Assembly: GCA_964270895.1 (NCBI GenBank)
Contig: OZ185436.1
Source of the DNA: Podarcis filfolensis
Lineage: Eukaryota
Reading direction: 5' to 3' (one strand)
DNA length: 64,000 nucleotides
Shown: in pieces, positions 1 through 12,300 of the stretch
Layout: each line of letters begins with the position of its first letter
How positions within the stretch are numbered: position 1 is the stretch's first letter
The notes under the pieces: model-generated
What the model was told of the DNA's origin: nothing
Seen by the model: only the letters and a program-made list of their open reading frames with translations
The model's database searches: none
Position numbers and translations under genes: made by a program

Positions 1-887
1 TTTCCTCTCCAAAGGAGCCAGCCCACAAGAGGCATGCAAGCACAGAAGGAAAGAAAACCCCAGGGAGCCTTGCCTTTAATGAGATCCAAAGTGCCAACTC
101 CCTTCCATCCAGAAGAAGGGTGGGTTCTTCCAGTGCCTGCTTCTTGCTCCTGGTCTCGATTCCTTGGATGGCAGGAACAGTTCAACATGGGACTCCCACA
201 GCCTGCAGAAATCTTCCATCTAGTTTTAAAGGGGCAACGATACCGGGCAGGTGGAGAATTGCTCCTTGCTGGTTGATTCCCCATCGCTGAAGCAGCAGCG
301 GCCAAGCAGAGGTCACTTCTGCCCCACCTTGGAGCTGCTTTTTCACTCTTGGACTGTGATTTTGTTTTGCTGCTAAGCTTTGCTAGAAATATCCCTATCT
401 TGCATCTTCAACAGTGCTAAGTACCCTTAAATCCATCAATAATGCAGGGTGATCAATGGCCTTTTGATGCAGGTAGAGTGCAGGCATCAACCTGCAGAGC
501 GGGATGTCATAGGCCTTTGTGGAGATGTGGGGCCACACAGGGATCTGAAAGGGAATTTCAGGGAACCCAGATGCCTCGGGGAGTTGCTAAGGGGGCTAGG
601 TGCTGCGTAGTTTGAGGCCGCTGCTTCAACTGCAGTGCACAGCATTAAAGGGATCTAATATCTGTAAGAGCTGTTCCTTAATACTTGGACATGGGAAATG
701 CACCTTGACCGCAGTCTAATGTATCTCTTGGACTCACTTTGCCACTCAGTTTTTCCCCCAACTAAGTGTTTGTGGGGAATATAGCACTGAAAGATAATCC
801 CAGCACCTAATTTTTGAGAGTCTGCATGAAATTTGACTTTACCAGAATCTTGTGCTGACTTGAAATGTTTCAGTTTTTAACTTTTAT

Positions 888-1093
888 TAAAATAAAAAAA
901 ATTCCTTCCAGTAGCATCTTAGAGACCAACTAAGTTTGTTATTGGTATGAGCTTTTGTGTGCATGCACACTTCTTCAGATACACAAAAGCTCATACCAAT
1001 AACAAACTTAGTTGGTCTCTAAGGTGCTACTGGAAGGAATTTGTTTATTTTGTTTCGACTATGGCAGACCAACACGGCTACCTACCTGTAACT
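888..1093. mobile_element. Penelope-like element terminal-repeat relic in inverted (hairpin) arrangement
   Basis: 901-960 and 981-1040 are reverse complements with 1 mismatch and a 20-nt spacer. The text 'aaagctcataccaataacaaacttagttggtctctaaggtgctactgg...gaccaacacggctac' resembles reptile Penelope terminal repeats as I recall them. Confidence 0.7.
945..982 (-). ncRNA. Minimal type I hammerhead ribozyme motif, probably inactivated (GAAA>AAAA)
   Basis: Minus strand reads GTAT-CTGAAGA-A-GTGTGC-AT-GCACAC-AAAA-GC-TC-ATAC: stem I GTAT/ATAC, CUGANGA core, stem II, loopless AGCU stem III, CUC cleavage triplet. G12 is replaced by A. Confidence 0.55.
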
Positions 1094-1269
1094 AGAACTT
1101 TTATTAAAGCATTTGTATTCTGTGCTTTGCAAAATCAAGGCATCACCAGCACTTCTTCAGGAATAAGGGAAAATTACAAATCCAGTGAACAGAATTATGC
1201 CTAAACTCTCTCAGTATGGATAGCCTTCCACAACCTGGGGCCTCCAGATGTGTCCAGTCTTTACAATAA

Positions 1270-1888
1270 TCCGAGTGCATCTCGTGGCCACACGGAGGGA
1301 GGCCTTTTCTGCAGTGGCACCAACCCTCTGGAAAACCCTCCCCTGTTCAATCCAAAATGTGTCAGCTGTGACTCACTTTACATACAAATTAAATATTTGT
1401 TTGCTGAAGCCTTTAGTTTGAACTCATTATTTTTATTCTGGGTTTTTACTGACAGTATGTATTTTTTGGTTTTACTATATCTGTATTCTAGTCTTGATTT
1501 TGTGGCTAAGTAACATTATGGGAGGGGATTTCCTAGGACTAATGTAAGACTGCGAAACTGCCTTGTTATTTTTGCTTTGGATGCTGCATGTTGTTATATT
1601 TATGGAAATGTGGCTTTTTGCATGTTACTATATTTTTGTTTTGCCATGTTATAATGAAATTGTTACTATGCGATTGTTTTGCTACATTATTCTGAAATTG
1701 ATATTGTGTTACTCTTTTGCTATGTTATAATGAAATTCTTATGTTATTGTTTTGCTGTGTTATTATCAAAAGTTTTTGTAGTGTTTGTTTGAGATGCATC
1801 CCTCTTTATTTGCTGTAAAACTTTTTGAGCATTATTTTTTGTGTGTGTGGAGAAACAGCATATAAATAAAATGAATGAATGAGTGAAT
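1270..1888 (+). mobile_element. L2 LINE 3' fragment
   Basis: From 1284 translates VATRREAFSAVAPTLWKTLP (L2 ORF2 C-terminal motif), followed by an AT-rich 3' UTR and a (TGAA)n-like tail. Confidence 0.6.
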
Positions 1889-1956
1889 TTTAAGGGTTTT
1901 CTATATTAACTGCTTAGAGATTTTTTATGTATATATTCCATTGATGAATTAAATAA

Positions 1957-2049
1957 ACTCCCAGCATCCCTAACCATTGGACATTCTGCCTGTGACTGAT
2001 GGAGCTGTAGCCCAGCATCATCTGCAGGCGGCAGGCTGGGGAAGACCAA
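1957..2049. mobile_element. Partial hAT-Charlie-type MITE
   Basis: Shares the 'actccca-catccct-accattgg...tgatgg-g-tgtag-cc' core of the complete copy at 34572. Confidence 0.5.
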
Positions 2050-2285
2050 TTTTCACATTTCACCATACAGTCACTGTCATAGGATTTCAGGCAAAATAGA
2101 TGGTGTATGTCCACTGCAGAAACAATGAAAGAATGTGTGTGTGTATTTGTGTGTGTGTGTGTGTGTTACAAAATGTATAATACCGCTTAACTGTAAATTA
2201 AAACCTGTAAACCGTTTACAAAGAATTTAAAATATACATTTAAAATATTGAGCATACAGTAATGTTTTAGGTTATTTTAAAAATA

Positions 2286-2392
2286 AGAATCATGGAATCA
2301 CAGAATCGTAGAGTTGGAAGGGACCCCAAGGGCCATGTAGTCCAACCCCTGCAATGCAGGAATCTCAGCTAAAGCATCCATGACAAATGGCT
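2286..2392 (-). mobile_element. CR1 3'-end fragment
   Basis: 'agaatcatggaatcacagaatcgtagagttggaagggacc' is the reverse complement of the CR1 3' terminus with its (ATTCTATG)n-type tail. Confidence 0.7.
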
Positions 2393-3671
2393 GTATATTC
2401 TTATGCACATATATATACATACATACATACCATATATTCTTATGTACTTACTTGGTGCTCTGTCCTGCATCCAGACATTTCCAGAACAGATGGACAGAAG
2501 TCCTTGTAGTAGGTTCATGTACTTAGTCTGATGTGTTGAAGCACAATGTGTGCCCTAGCATCAAATAAAACACCAAGTCACCTCAGTCATATTGTTCTCC
2601 TGGTGGCTACAGTTCTGTTTAGAAATGGGGGTGCGGGGAATGAATTTGTTCAGTCATAAAAGAGGAATCAATTGTCAGATTATAAATATCTGGGCCTACA
2701 GGGAATGGAAACTGCTTGCAACTTGTTGTTCCCAGATGAAGGCAACTCCTTCCTTTAGAAATCCCCGACAGGAATTCTGATAAAGGACTCGATGCCAACA
2801 ACCCTCATTAAAATAACTTAATAAACCTTCATCTCGTTCCCCATATTCTACGATCCATTGCCAAGCAGTCAAAAGGCCCATTGTTACTGGAATATATGCT
2901 GTCTGAACAGGGGGAGGTTCTGTACTTTATCTGTGGGTTTCTTTTGGGGAATCTAAACTTTCCACAGTGTCAAACACCTTCTAGCTGCAGGGTTTTTTAA
3001 AAAATATCCGCAACACTAATAAACAGCGGTGGAATAGACTTTCTATTTTATTTCTCTGTTTTTAAAAACATGGGGGGGGGGACATTTCAATAAGTGCTTT
3101 AACTGATTTGGGCTGCCTTGCATTAGTTTCCAACTTAACTCCTTCGGTAAAGCACTGAATATGATATTTTTTGTTTGTTTGTTTATATGTCAATCATCTT
3201 AAAATGTTCAGAAACCCCAGACTTGGTCTAAGCTGGCAAAATGACAGTTCTGGAGAAAGGGCTTTAAAAAAAGAGAGTTTTGCTTCCTCGTTCCCGAATG
3301 TCGGGAAGTTCACAGCAGCAGTGAGAACATCAGTTTCCTTTTGAGCAGAGATCACTAGAAATGGACAGTACAGAATTGTTCAAGTGGGGGTGGGGGGTGC
3401 TTTTGTCTTGAAATGTCCCGCTTGAAAAGGAATCATACAGCTGCAGCCAGGAGGAGCCAAGGCTTCAGTTCTAAGGCAACACCAGGCTCTGCTCCTGGCT
3501 CTGTCATATCGAAGCACAGAAGCCAGTCTGCTTCAACGATCTGCTTTCAAGCCACCAACACAGTTTGAAGCAAAGCACCTTCCTTCAAGCTCCCATTTTC
3601 AAAGCATCACTATGTGGTGGACTGACAGGAGCTGGATTTAGGGGCAGGTGTGTGGGCTGCTAAGCTTGGGG

Positions 3672-4315
3672 TAGGGTTGCTATATTTTGAAGAGGATACA
3701 TTTTCCAACTCCTACTTTAACTATGGATCGCTGTGACCAATGCTGGATTTATGTATAAGCTAAACAAGCTATAGCTTAGGGCCCCACTCTCTTGGGGGCC
3801 CCCAAAAAATTTAAAGGAAAAAAACAGGATGTACATTTTCAAAATATAAGATAAAAAAACAAATAAAATAAAACCTACATGCAGCAACAGTGTTTTGTGT
3901 TGTGTAGGCTCCTATGACGTAAGTAATGGGCCCTGCCTGCTCCCCAAAATATCACAGGTTTGCTCATTTCTATATATAATAATTATTTCACTATTAATAT
4001 ACTTCTTCTTAATTATATTTCACTATTAATATACTTCTTAATTGTATTTCAGTTCAACAATTCCTTTGATAAAATGCATATTTTGTTATGTGCAAATGAC
4101 TTTAGATACCTATTAGGTCCATAAATTACCATATAGAATATATTCAACACAAAAAACAGAAACAATTTGTCCTTGACAAAAGACAGCTAGACATATAAAG
4201 GGCCCCATTACCTTCAGTAGCTTAGGGCCTCATCAAACCTAAATCCCGCCCTGGCTGTGATGACTCTACCCATGAAAAAGAGGACGTGTCCTAGAAAAAG
4301 AGGACATATGGCAAT
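3672..4315. mobile_element. hAT (Blackjack-like) MITE interrupted by a second hAT element
   Basis: Left end 'tagggttgctatat' and right end 'aaaagaggacatatggcaa'. The halves rejoin at the duplicated gctgtga site. Confidence 0.55.
3738..4253. mobile_element. Non-autonomous hAT element (516 bp) with 8-bp TSD
   Basis: Imperfect TIRs caatgctggattt / aaatcccgccctg; flanks gctgtgac / gctgtgat (7/8 match). Confidence 0.7.
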
Positions 4316-5525
4316 GGACTGGCTCCTGTCCAGACTACCTACTCAGCTATCCCATCAGCAGCTGAAACAGTAGAAAGAGTTTGTCTTCCACTGTAAAGCT
4401 GACACTGACTTGCATGGCTAACATTGCACCAGCATTTGTGTGTGTGTATTTTACAGGAATATTTACAACCTCAGTGCCCATTCAACAAACAGCGAATTTA
4501 CAAGTGGTCATATGTATGTTTGCATGCAAATGTATCATTATTATTTTTTGTGACAGGGAACAATTACATCCAAAATCATATGCCACCATTGTGAAAGAGG
4601 TTGCAATGCATTTTTAAAAAGTATTTTAAAGTAGAACAAGCAAAGGGAACTTCTGAAGCAACTCCTCACACGGGACACCATTTGACCTAAGATCAACACA
4701 GTGGTTAGGGATGAAGATGCTTCAAATCGTTTTTTATTAAAATTAGCAAGTTCTACAAATAGCTTGGAGGTGGAAGAGGGGTGGGATTTTGTTTAGTTAA
4801 ACAGAGCAGGGGGTAAAGGTTAAGCACCATTCTTGGTCCTTATCTGAATCCCTTCCACAGGCTCTGCTTTTAAAAAGCAGGAGATGCTGGATTTCTCATA
4901 TCACGTCGAGTTTTGCTCTGCGTTAATCCTTGAAAGTGGCTGCATGCCACTGTGTCTCTTAAGGTTCCAGCACACAGGGATTCTCTTAAAAATGAAAAAA
5001 CCCTGTTGTGACACTTAAAGGAGCAGACTCTGTTAAGTATCTGCAGTTTGAAACAATAGCATAAGAGTCGTTCTGTGTTAGAGGCAGTATGAGTACTGGT
5101 TGCTGGGAACCATGGATGGGGAGACAGTTGTTGTGCTCCTGTTCTGCTTGTGGGACTCTGGTGGGCCTCTGGATACTGGAGGACATGGGGCTTTGGCCTG
5201 ATCCAGAAACTTATGCCCCCACTGTGGAAGGATGTGTGGATCCAGAATTGGCCTCCACAGTCACTTACGTACCTATTCATTGTTAAAACCATGTTTATGG
5301 AAGACAATCTTACACAGCTACGAGTGATTGCCAAAGAAGAAGAAGAAGCAGGCTTGTCTTATGTTCTTATGATAAGACTCAGAAGCACAGCTAAGCATTG
5401 GAACAGCACCATCTACTGGACTAGTGCCTCTGCCTGTTAGCTGACACTGTTGCTTTAATCAACAAAGTTTAACCCTGATGACTGACTGCACATTGTCTTA
5501 AGTTCCTTGACTAGCTGGAGACTTG

Positions 5526-6110
5526 ATTAGAGGAGACTGAGAGGAGATACAATACAGTGGTACCTCTGGTTAAGAACTTAATTTGTTCTGGAGGTCTGTT
5601 CTTAACCTGAAATTGTTCTTAACCTGAGATACCACTTTAGCTAATGGGGCCTCCCACTGCTGCCGCGCCTCCAGCGTGCAATTTCTGTTCTCATCCTGAG
5701 GTAAAGTTCTTAACCCGAGGTACTATTTCTGGGTTAGCGGAGTCTGTAACCTGAAGAGTCTGTAACCTGAAGCGTCTGTAACCCAAGGTACCACTGTAGT
5801 CATCTTCAAGTATCTAAAGGACTGTCACAAGGAGGGTGGAGCAGGTTCGTTTTCTCCTGCTCCAGAAACTAGGACCTGAACCGATGGATTCAAGTTACAA
5901 GAAAAGAGATTCTGACTAAACATCAGTAAGAGCTGTTCAACAGTGGAATGGACTCCGATGAGAGGTGGTGGACTCACCTTTCATGGATGTTTCTAAGCAG
6001 AGGATGGATGGCCATCTGTCATATATGATCTAGTTGAGATTCGTACATTACAGGGGGTTGGACTAGATGACCCCCAGGGTCCTTTCCAACTCTAAAATTC
6101 TATGATTCTA
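5526..6110 (+). mobile_element. CR1 LINE 3' fragment interrupted by a Tigger-like MITE
   Basis: 'gagactgagaggaga...gtcatcttcaagtatctaaagg...ggtcctttccaactctaaaattctatgattcta' is the CR1 ORF2 end, 3' UTR and tail. Confidence 0.8.
5555..5796. mobile_element. Tc1/mariner (Tigger-like) MITE
   Basis: TIRs cagtggtacc / ggtaccactg with a TA duplication on both sides (5553-54, 5797-98). Two more copies occur in the window. Confidence 0.85.
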
Positions 6111-7719
6111 ACTATTAATAACTGTAAAAATCAACAACTGGTGATGAAAAGATCCTTTGCTAGCCCGAGCTTGGGAGAAAGGGTGGATATAACTATATTA
6201 AATAATAATTTGTCACTAAGAGAACATACACAATTCTGAATAACACAAACTCTCCCTTGTTAATAATTCAAACATCTTCCATATTATTTCACTAATGTTC
6301 CATGAAAAGTTTCACTTTGTCATTTTTAAAAACTCATTACCCTGGCATAATAAGAAAACATCTTTGCTGAATAACTGCAAGAATAAAAATGAGGCAAATG
6401 CCATCTTTTTAGATTCTATCCTTCCTTTCAGTCAACAGAGGGCAGCAGATACTTGTGCCAAGCATTTGTTTGGTTCCTGCAAACACCTCCAGCACATATG
6501 GCTCTCTGTGCCGCAGCATCCTCAGAGATCATAAAAATCATAGCGTTTGCATACTGAGAAGAATAATGGGGGACAGACCCACGTAAGACACACTCTGGCT
6601 TCAGTACATTACAGAACAGGGACTGCCTATAAAACACCAGTAATGTTTAAGATGTTAAGAGTTTGAGATTTCTAATAGAGAAAAGAGCACATGTTTGTTC
6701 TTAGACTGATGCACAGCTATCAAGAGAAACAGAAAAATCCGAACACCAGAATGAGTCAGTCACAGTGAGCAAATTATACCACTTGCTGTGAGAATGCTCC
6801 TAGTCTGTTTATTAACACAGACTATGCTGCTCAAACTTCTCATCTTTTCCTGGCATATCTGGTACATTCTGAGAGGACAAAAAGTGAAATTATGGTTACC
6901 AGTGTTAATGCCGACACCTCAGATCCACAAAGTATTTAGAAAGTCAGGCCTTTGGGGACATCTGAAGTCTGACAGAGCAATCCAAAACCCCCTCCCCTTG
7001 CACTGGGTTGGGGAAGGGGTTTGGATTGGCTGGAGGTGTCCCTCTGCCTAGTCCAGCATTTTGGGCTTAGCTGGCCTCCCTCTGGCTCCCACCAACTGAG
7101 ACAAACACCACTCTTCCAGTATGCCACAAACTGTGGGTGGAAGTGCCATTGGTGAGATGCCCATCAGTAGCAGCCAGTGGGGAGACATGAAGTGAGATGT
7201 TCCAGAGGTGGACCAGGGGTGCGGGTCAGCCAATCTGGGCCTGATCAATGTGCCAGCTTCAGGCTGGCATAGAAAACGTGGAGCAACGTTTGTATTGCAC
7301 TCTTAACTTGAGAACAGGTTAGGATAGCCATTACCAGAGGACAAAAACGAAAACAAACCTCCCCAAAACATCTAGGCTTCACAGATTCTTTAGACAAGGC
7401 TAAACTTACACTCATCCAGGACGAATGCATATCTTTCTCAACACTGATTTTAAAGACCTAGCTACATTTATTTAACAAAGTAGTTAGGGGAAAAGAAAAG
7501 TCTAGTCCATTTCAAAATAAATGTCTAAAACTGGGTAATTGGATGGCGCCCTGCCACATCTACACTGCTTGTTCTGAGACAAAGAGGGGGCAAAATATTA
7601 CAAAAGATTAACTAACCATTTCCAGAGGTGTGTGTTGTCAAAGACTAGAAGCAATCAAGCTGGATGAAATCACACAAGTCCTCTATACTACATGGTTAAA
7701 GGGCAAGCATGGCCCCTGC

Positions 7720-7856
7720 CATGCCTCCTTGAGCTGGTGCCCTCGAGATATTGTTAGACTCCAGTACCCATCAGCCCCAGATAGCATGGATAATAGTTGG
7801 GGCTGATGGGAGTTGTAGTCTAAAATCTTTGGAGGGCAGCAACTTGAAAAAGACTG
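7720..7856. mobile_element. hAT-Charlie-type MITE (diverged)
   Basis: Palindromic core 'ccatcagcccca...ggggctgatgggagttgtagtc...ggagggca'. Confidence 0.65.
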
Positions 7857-9534
7857 CACTTAGGTGGAATCTACACACATATAAAAAACGTTCTGAAAAT
7901 GAATTTTTAAAGCGTTTTTTAAAAATGCATTGAATTTTCCATAAGGCTCACCATCACTATCTAGTGTCACATTGCATACTGCACTTAAAACACACTTAAA
8001 ATGTTTTATTTGCAGCTGTATAGCTGAGTCCTAGCTGGCCAGATTTGTAGGAAGGTTAGAACTCCTCTCTGAATTTATGGGTGGAAAGGTGGGATAAAAA
8101 TGTAAACATCGAATGATTTATGACATAGCACAGACCGAATGTGGACAAAAACACTGCACATTGTCTTGGTAACCCCCACAAAAACTCTGCAGTAGACTGT
8201 CATTAATATAGAATAAGGAGTGAAGAAACAAGTCCTAACATTCAGGAACAAAATAAACCCCAAATCGAGCAGGGATGACTTTGATTTTTAGTTTCTCTGC
8301 AAAACAATGAGAGGAACATAAGGAGACTAACAGAGCTTGTGATAAAGTCACTCCAGTAATAATAGAGAAAAATTAAATGTTTGCCAAAACTGTGCTGTGA
8401 CTACATGTCTGTGTTTTCTTAACAGAGACTCTGCAAAATAGCAGGGTAAACAGCCAAAAGTCTCCTGGAAAGATGAAAGACATATGGTGGTTTCACAAGG
8501 ATTTCCAGAGCTTAAGAGGAGAATAGTTTGGGTGTACGTGAGGTCATCAATGTGGCACATATATGCACCACAATACCCCCAGACACATCCTTTGTCACTT
8601 GGCAAGGCCACCTGCTCCTCCTAATTTTTGACTGGGTGTGTGGAGGGGGAGTTGTGGAGTAGGGTGCCTGTTTTTCTCTGTGCTTTGTTGTTTTGGATGT
8701 GTGTAGCTGAGCTTCACCAGCTTTTTATCTGTGCACCGGGGTATTTTGTGGTGCCCGAAACAGTTTATTTCACTTCCAAAGGTGCATAGTCCAAAACTTA
8801 CTCCTCCATCTCCTCCATCAATGGGCAAGAACCATTTTGCCAAATTAAGCAACAATATCTTCAGAGGCATCCAAATCTATTCAGCTTGGAACAGTTTGGT
8901 CTGCTATCTTGTTTCAAATTGACATCCGGCAGTTTCCAAATGTAGATGAAAACAAGCTCTTCCATCTTCAGAACCAGAGTGCCAAGTTTGGCCATGAAAG
9001 GTGGCCAATTGCTTAGAGAACAGATGGACAGAAAAACAGACAATCCACTTTCCACAGTATACTGTATATTAGACTGGCAGAAAACACCCTATGTTACCCA
9101 GGAATTGTTAGAAAGCAAAACATACTGACATTTGGAAATTTAATGAAATATATATGTGTGTGTGTATTTTCTAAGGCTGTACACAACCCCTCCACCTGAT
9201 CCAGGTCTGGCCAGGATTTAACCCAGCTGCAGCTCTAAATCATTGTGGGAACCAACCCTAGGGCAGGAGTCCAAGAAGCAGCTGCACGCATGGAACAAGG
9301 CCTGCTTACGCAATGGGAGTTTCCCTCTTCTTCTTCCCCACACCCCATAAATCGGTTCTGGGGGGTTGGGGGGAATCTACCCCTAATGTTAAGTCAGCAT
9401 TTAAAACCCCCAAAGTAAAACATACATCTGGAGAAGTAGGAAACACTGCCAGCCCTTGGATTCCCACTCATGATGTACTGACACAGCTTGCCTCTCTGTA
9501 GCATCTGCTTTGGAGAGCGCCTGGTCCTCTTCCT

Positions 9535-9790
9535 CCAGGGGGTGTGGCCAGTGTCAAAGCTGCATGCTCCAGCACTGGGGGTGGAGAGCAGGCGGGGGTG
9601 TGGCTGGCGTGCCTCCTGGGGGGGTGGCGCATGTCCTGGGGGTGTGGCAAGTTGCCCACTGGGGTGTGGCGTGTGTCCCGGGGCGTGGCGCGCTGCCTGT
9701 GGGGGCATGGCGCCCAGCGCGGTGGGGGTACATACGGTGCATTTGGGGGGTGGCTGCAATGGTACCCCCTCCCCGATGGTGCCGGGGGTG
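9535..9790. repeat. Degenerate G-rich minisatellite (~21-bp unit, GGGGTGTGGC core)
   Basis: About nine spaced copies of a gggg(t/c)gtggc-like motif between 9539 and 9755. It may be the interior of a hAT-like element spanning ~9496-9818. Confidence 0.6.
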
Positions 9791-10138
9791 GTGCACTCCC
9801 CCCGTTCCTCCGTCAGTGTGTGTGGCAGTTGCAATATCTTCAGAGATTTCCAAATCAGTGCAGTCTTGGCGGGTTCGGTCTGCCATCTTGTTTCGAAATG
9901 ACATCCAATTGTATCCAAACATAGCCCTATACCCATTCCTCCATCTCAGGAAATGTCACAGCAAACTGGGCCATGGTATCCTCAAAGGCATTTCGAAGCC
10001 CAGCAGAGATTTGGTTCTCATATTGTTTCTGAAAGTGCAAATCAGGTTGGTTTGCCTTTAAATACGAACTGAATTTAAATTCTCCCTCATTCCTACTGTC
10101 TCAAATTCTGCGTAAACTTACCTGGGCAATCCCACTGA

Positions 10139-10525
10139 CATACCCTCCAACATTTCTCCAAAGGAAATAGGGACGTCCTATTCCATAAAAATAATGTTAC
10201 TATTTACACCCCAACCATTTGACTTGATTGTCCCAGCCACTCTGGGCAGCTTCCAACATATATAAAAACACAATAAAACATTTTAAACCTCTTCCCTATA
10301 CAGGTACAGGGCTGGCTTCAGATAGCCCGGGGATTGGATAACTCCATACCCTCCAATATTCATCCGATGAAAATAGGGATGTCCTATCATACCCTCCAAC
10401 ATTTCTCTGAAGAAAATAGGGACATCCTAAGGAAATGTGGGGCATTCCAGGATCAAATTAGAAACCAGGACAGCTTCTGTTAATCCGGGACTGTCCCTGG
10501 AAAACAGGGACACTTGGAGGGTCTG
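10139..10525. mobile_element. Composite: three copies of a hAT MITE terminus plus an L2 3' fragment
   Basis: 'cataccctccaa' starts at 10139, ~10345 and 10388. The last runs to the inverted end 'ttggagggtctg' (10525). An L2 3' UTR text ('cccagccactctgggcagcttccaaca') lies between the first two. Confidence 0.65.
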
Positions 10526-11442
10526 TGGTGAATGCAGTGAGATTTACTTCTGAGTAAGCATGCACAGGATCAGGGTATGAGTCCCTTGAAGCATTTTGAC
10601 TCTTGGGTTGCCAGACTTCCTCTCAGTGGGGTATTACTCCCTTTGGTCAAACAGATTGCTTGTGACAAAATATTAGTGTTGCTTTATTAGCATCTCTCTC
10701 ATTAAGACTTCTTTCCATTGTTTACTTTGCTGACAAGCTGCCTAGAATTCCCAGTTCTTCCTGCTAGAAATATGAAAACTATGTTCTCTTGAAAACAATG
10801 CTGCTCTAATAACATATTTTATGGACTGTGCAATGCAGCTTGCTTATAACTAGCTATGGAAAGCCATGACAGTTTCTCTCTAAACTGAGCTCATGCATTG
10901 CTTATACTAGTTCCAAAAGAACACAGTTGTTACTGGCTGTCTGGCTTAATTTTATGTACAAAGTATGTGCGCAGCAACAAAATCTGTGTCTCCTTACTGA
11001 GAGTCTGCTCACAAATAAGCGATTGTTTCATGATAATTTCAGACTCGGCTGCCTGGAAAAGATCTGTTTTCTAGGGATGAGTTTAGTAATCTTGGCTGCT
11101 CAAGAACAGGGTCCAACCACCAGCAAATTATGTAGAGGAGGCTGCAATAGGAAAATTAGATCCATACTGGATGAAGCATGGAACATTCTGCCCATTTTTG
11201 CTGAAGAGACCAATTGTCACACCTGTCAGTTTGAGCTCGCAAATTTCATTGATTTTTACTGCTTTTCTCTTTGACACTCTATTTTCTGATAATGTTTTGA
11301 AATCGCATATAAGGAAGTAGTCAGAAAATGGCCAAATGCATCCATTTTTTAAATGCAAAAATTGTCATACTTAAGTCTGAAACAAACATCTGACAAAGCT
11401 CCAAAGACCTTCTCCAGATCTTTCAGGCCCACATTCTTATAG

Positions 11443-11578
11443 TAGGTGGGGAACTTCTGGCCCTCTAGATGATCCTGGGTTATGACTCCCATCATCCCTG
11501 ACCATTGGCCATGTTGGCTGGGGCTGATGGGAATTGGAGTCCAGCAACATCTAGAGGACCACATGTTCCCTACTCCTG
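11443..11578. mobile_element. hAT-Charlie-type MITE
   Basis: Ends taggtggggaac / gttccctactcctg with the shared palindromic core. Confidence 0.75.
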
Positions 11579-12173
11579 CAGTATAAAGGTGCATGGTTTG
11601 TTTACTTGCCTACATGTATGTGAATAGTACACATCAATGTGCATGATGCTTTGTGGAGTGAGGTAAACAAAATGAGTTTATAATCTGATTTTTGACAGAG
11701 GGTGAGATAACAGAGGGAGAGGAAGAGAGGAAGACAGAGGGGGAAATATGCACAGATGCCGTCACATATAGGCTTAGTTGAAACAAGGACAAACAGGTTA
11801 AGCCACAGGATTTCTAGAAGAGGTGGGATTAAAGGAAGCCCAAGAAGTGCCAAGAAGTGTCCCATTGGAGAGTTCAAAGCATAAATGCTTCAAAGCAGGA
11901 TGGGCAGTTTTGTAAGATGGGCAGTTTTGTAAGCTGCTATCTGGGTTGGTGGAGTAAAGGTTCAGAGACTGGGCTCTCAGGATACGAAGGCAGAGAGACA
12001 GGCAAAGGTCATGTCCAAGGAAAGCAAGGACCAGGTTCCTGTCCTGGACATAGGAGCAGATAGGAAGCCAGTGTTGGGGTTTAAGGACAAGCATCTCCCA
12101 GTCTGAGGAATGAGAGAAGTTGCTGATTTTGGCAGAAGAGTCTTAGATACCAGTGAGAGGACCGAGTCAAGAG

Positions 12174-12300
12174 TAGAGTGACCATGTGAAAAAGAGGACA
12201 GGGCCCCTACACCTTTCACAGTTGTGCGGAAGGGGGAGTTACAGCAGGTGTAGGTTGTCATGTAATTGACAGTTGCACTTGTGGAAATTTCATCTTCTAC
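12174..12300. mobile_element. hAT (Blackjack-like) MITE fragment
   Basis: Starts 'tagagtgaccatgtgaaaaagaggacaggg', the same terminal type as the element at 3672. Confidence 0.5.

Noticed and set aside
9394-10061. Cluster of 120-183 aa ORFs on both strands
   Set aside because: Stop-poor GC-rich minisatellite; low-complexity translations.
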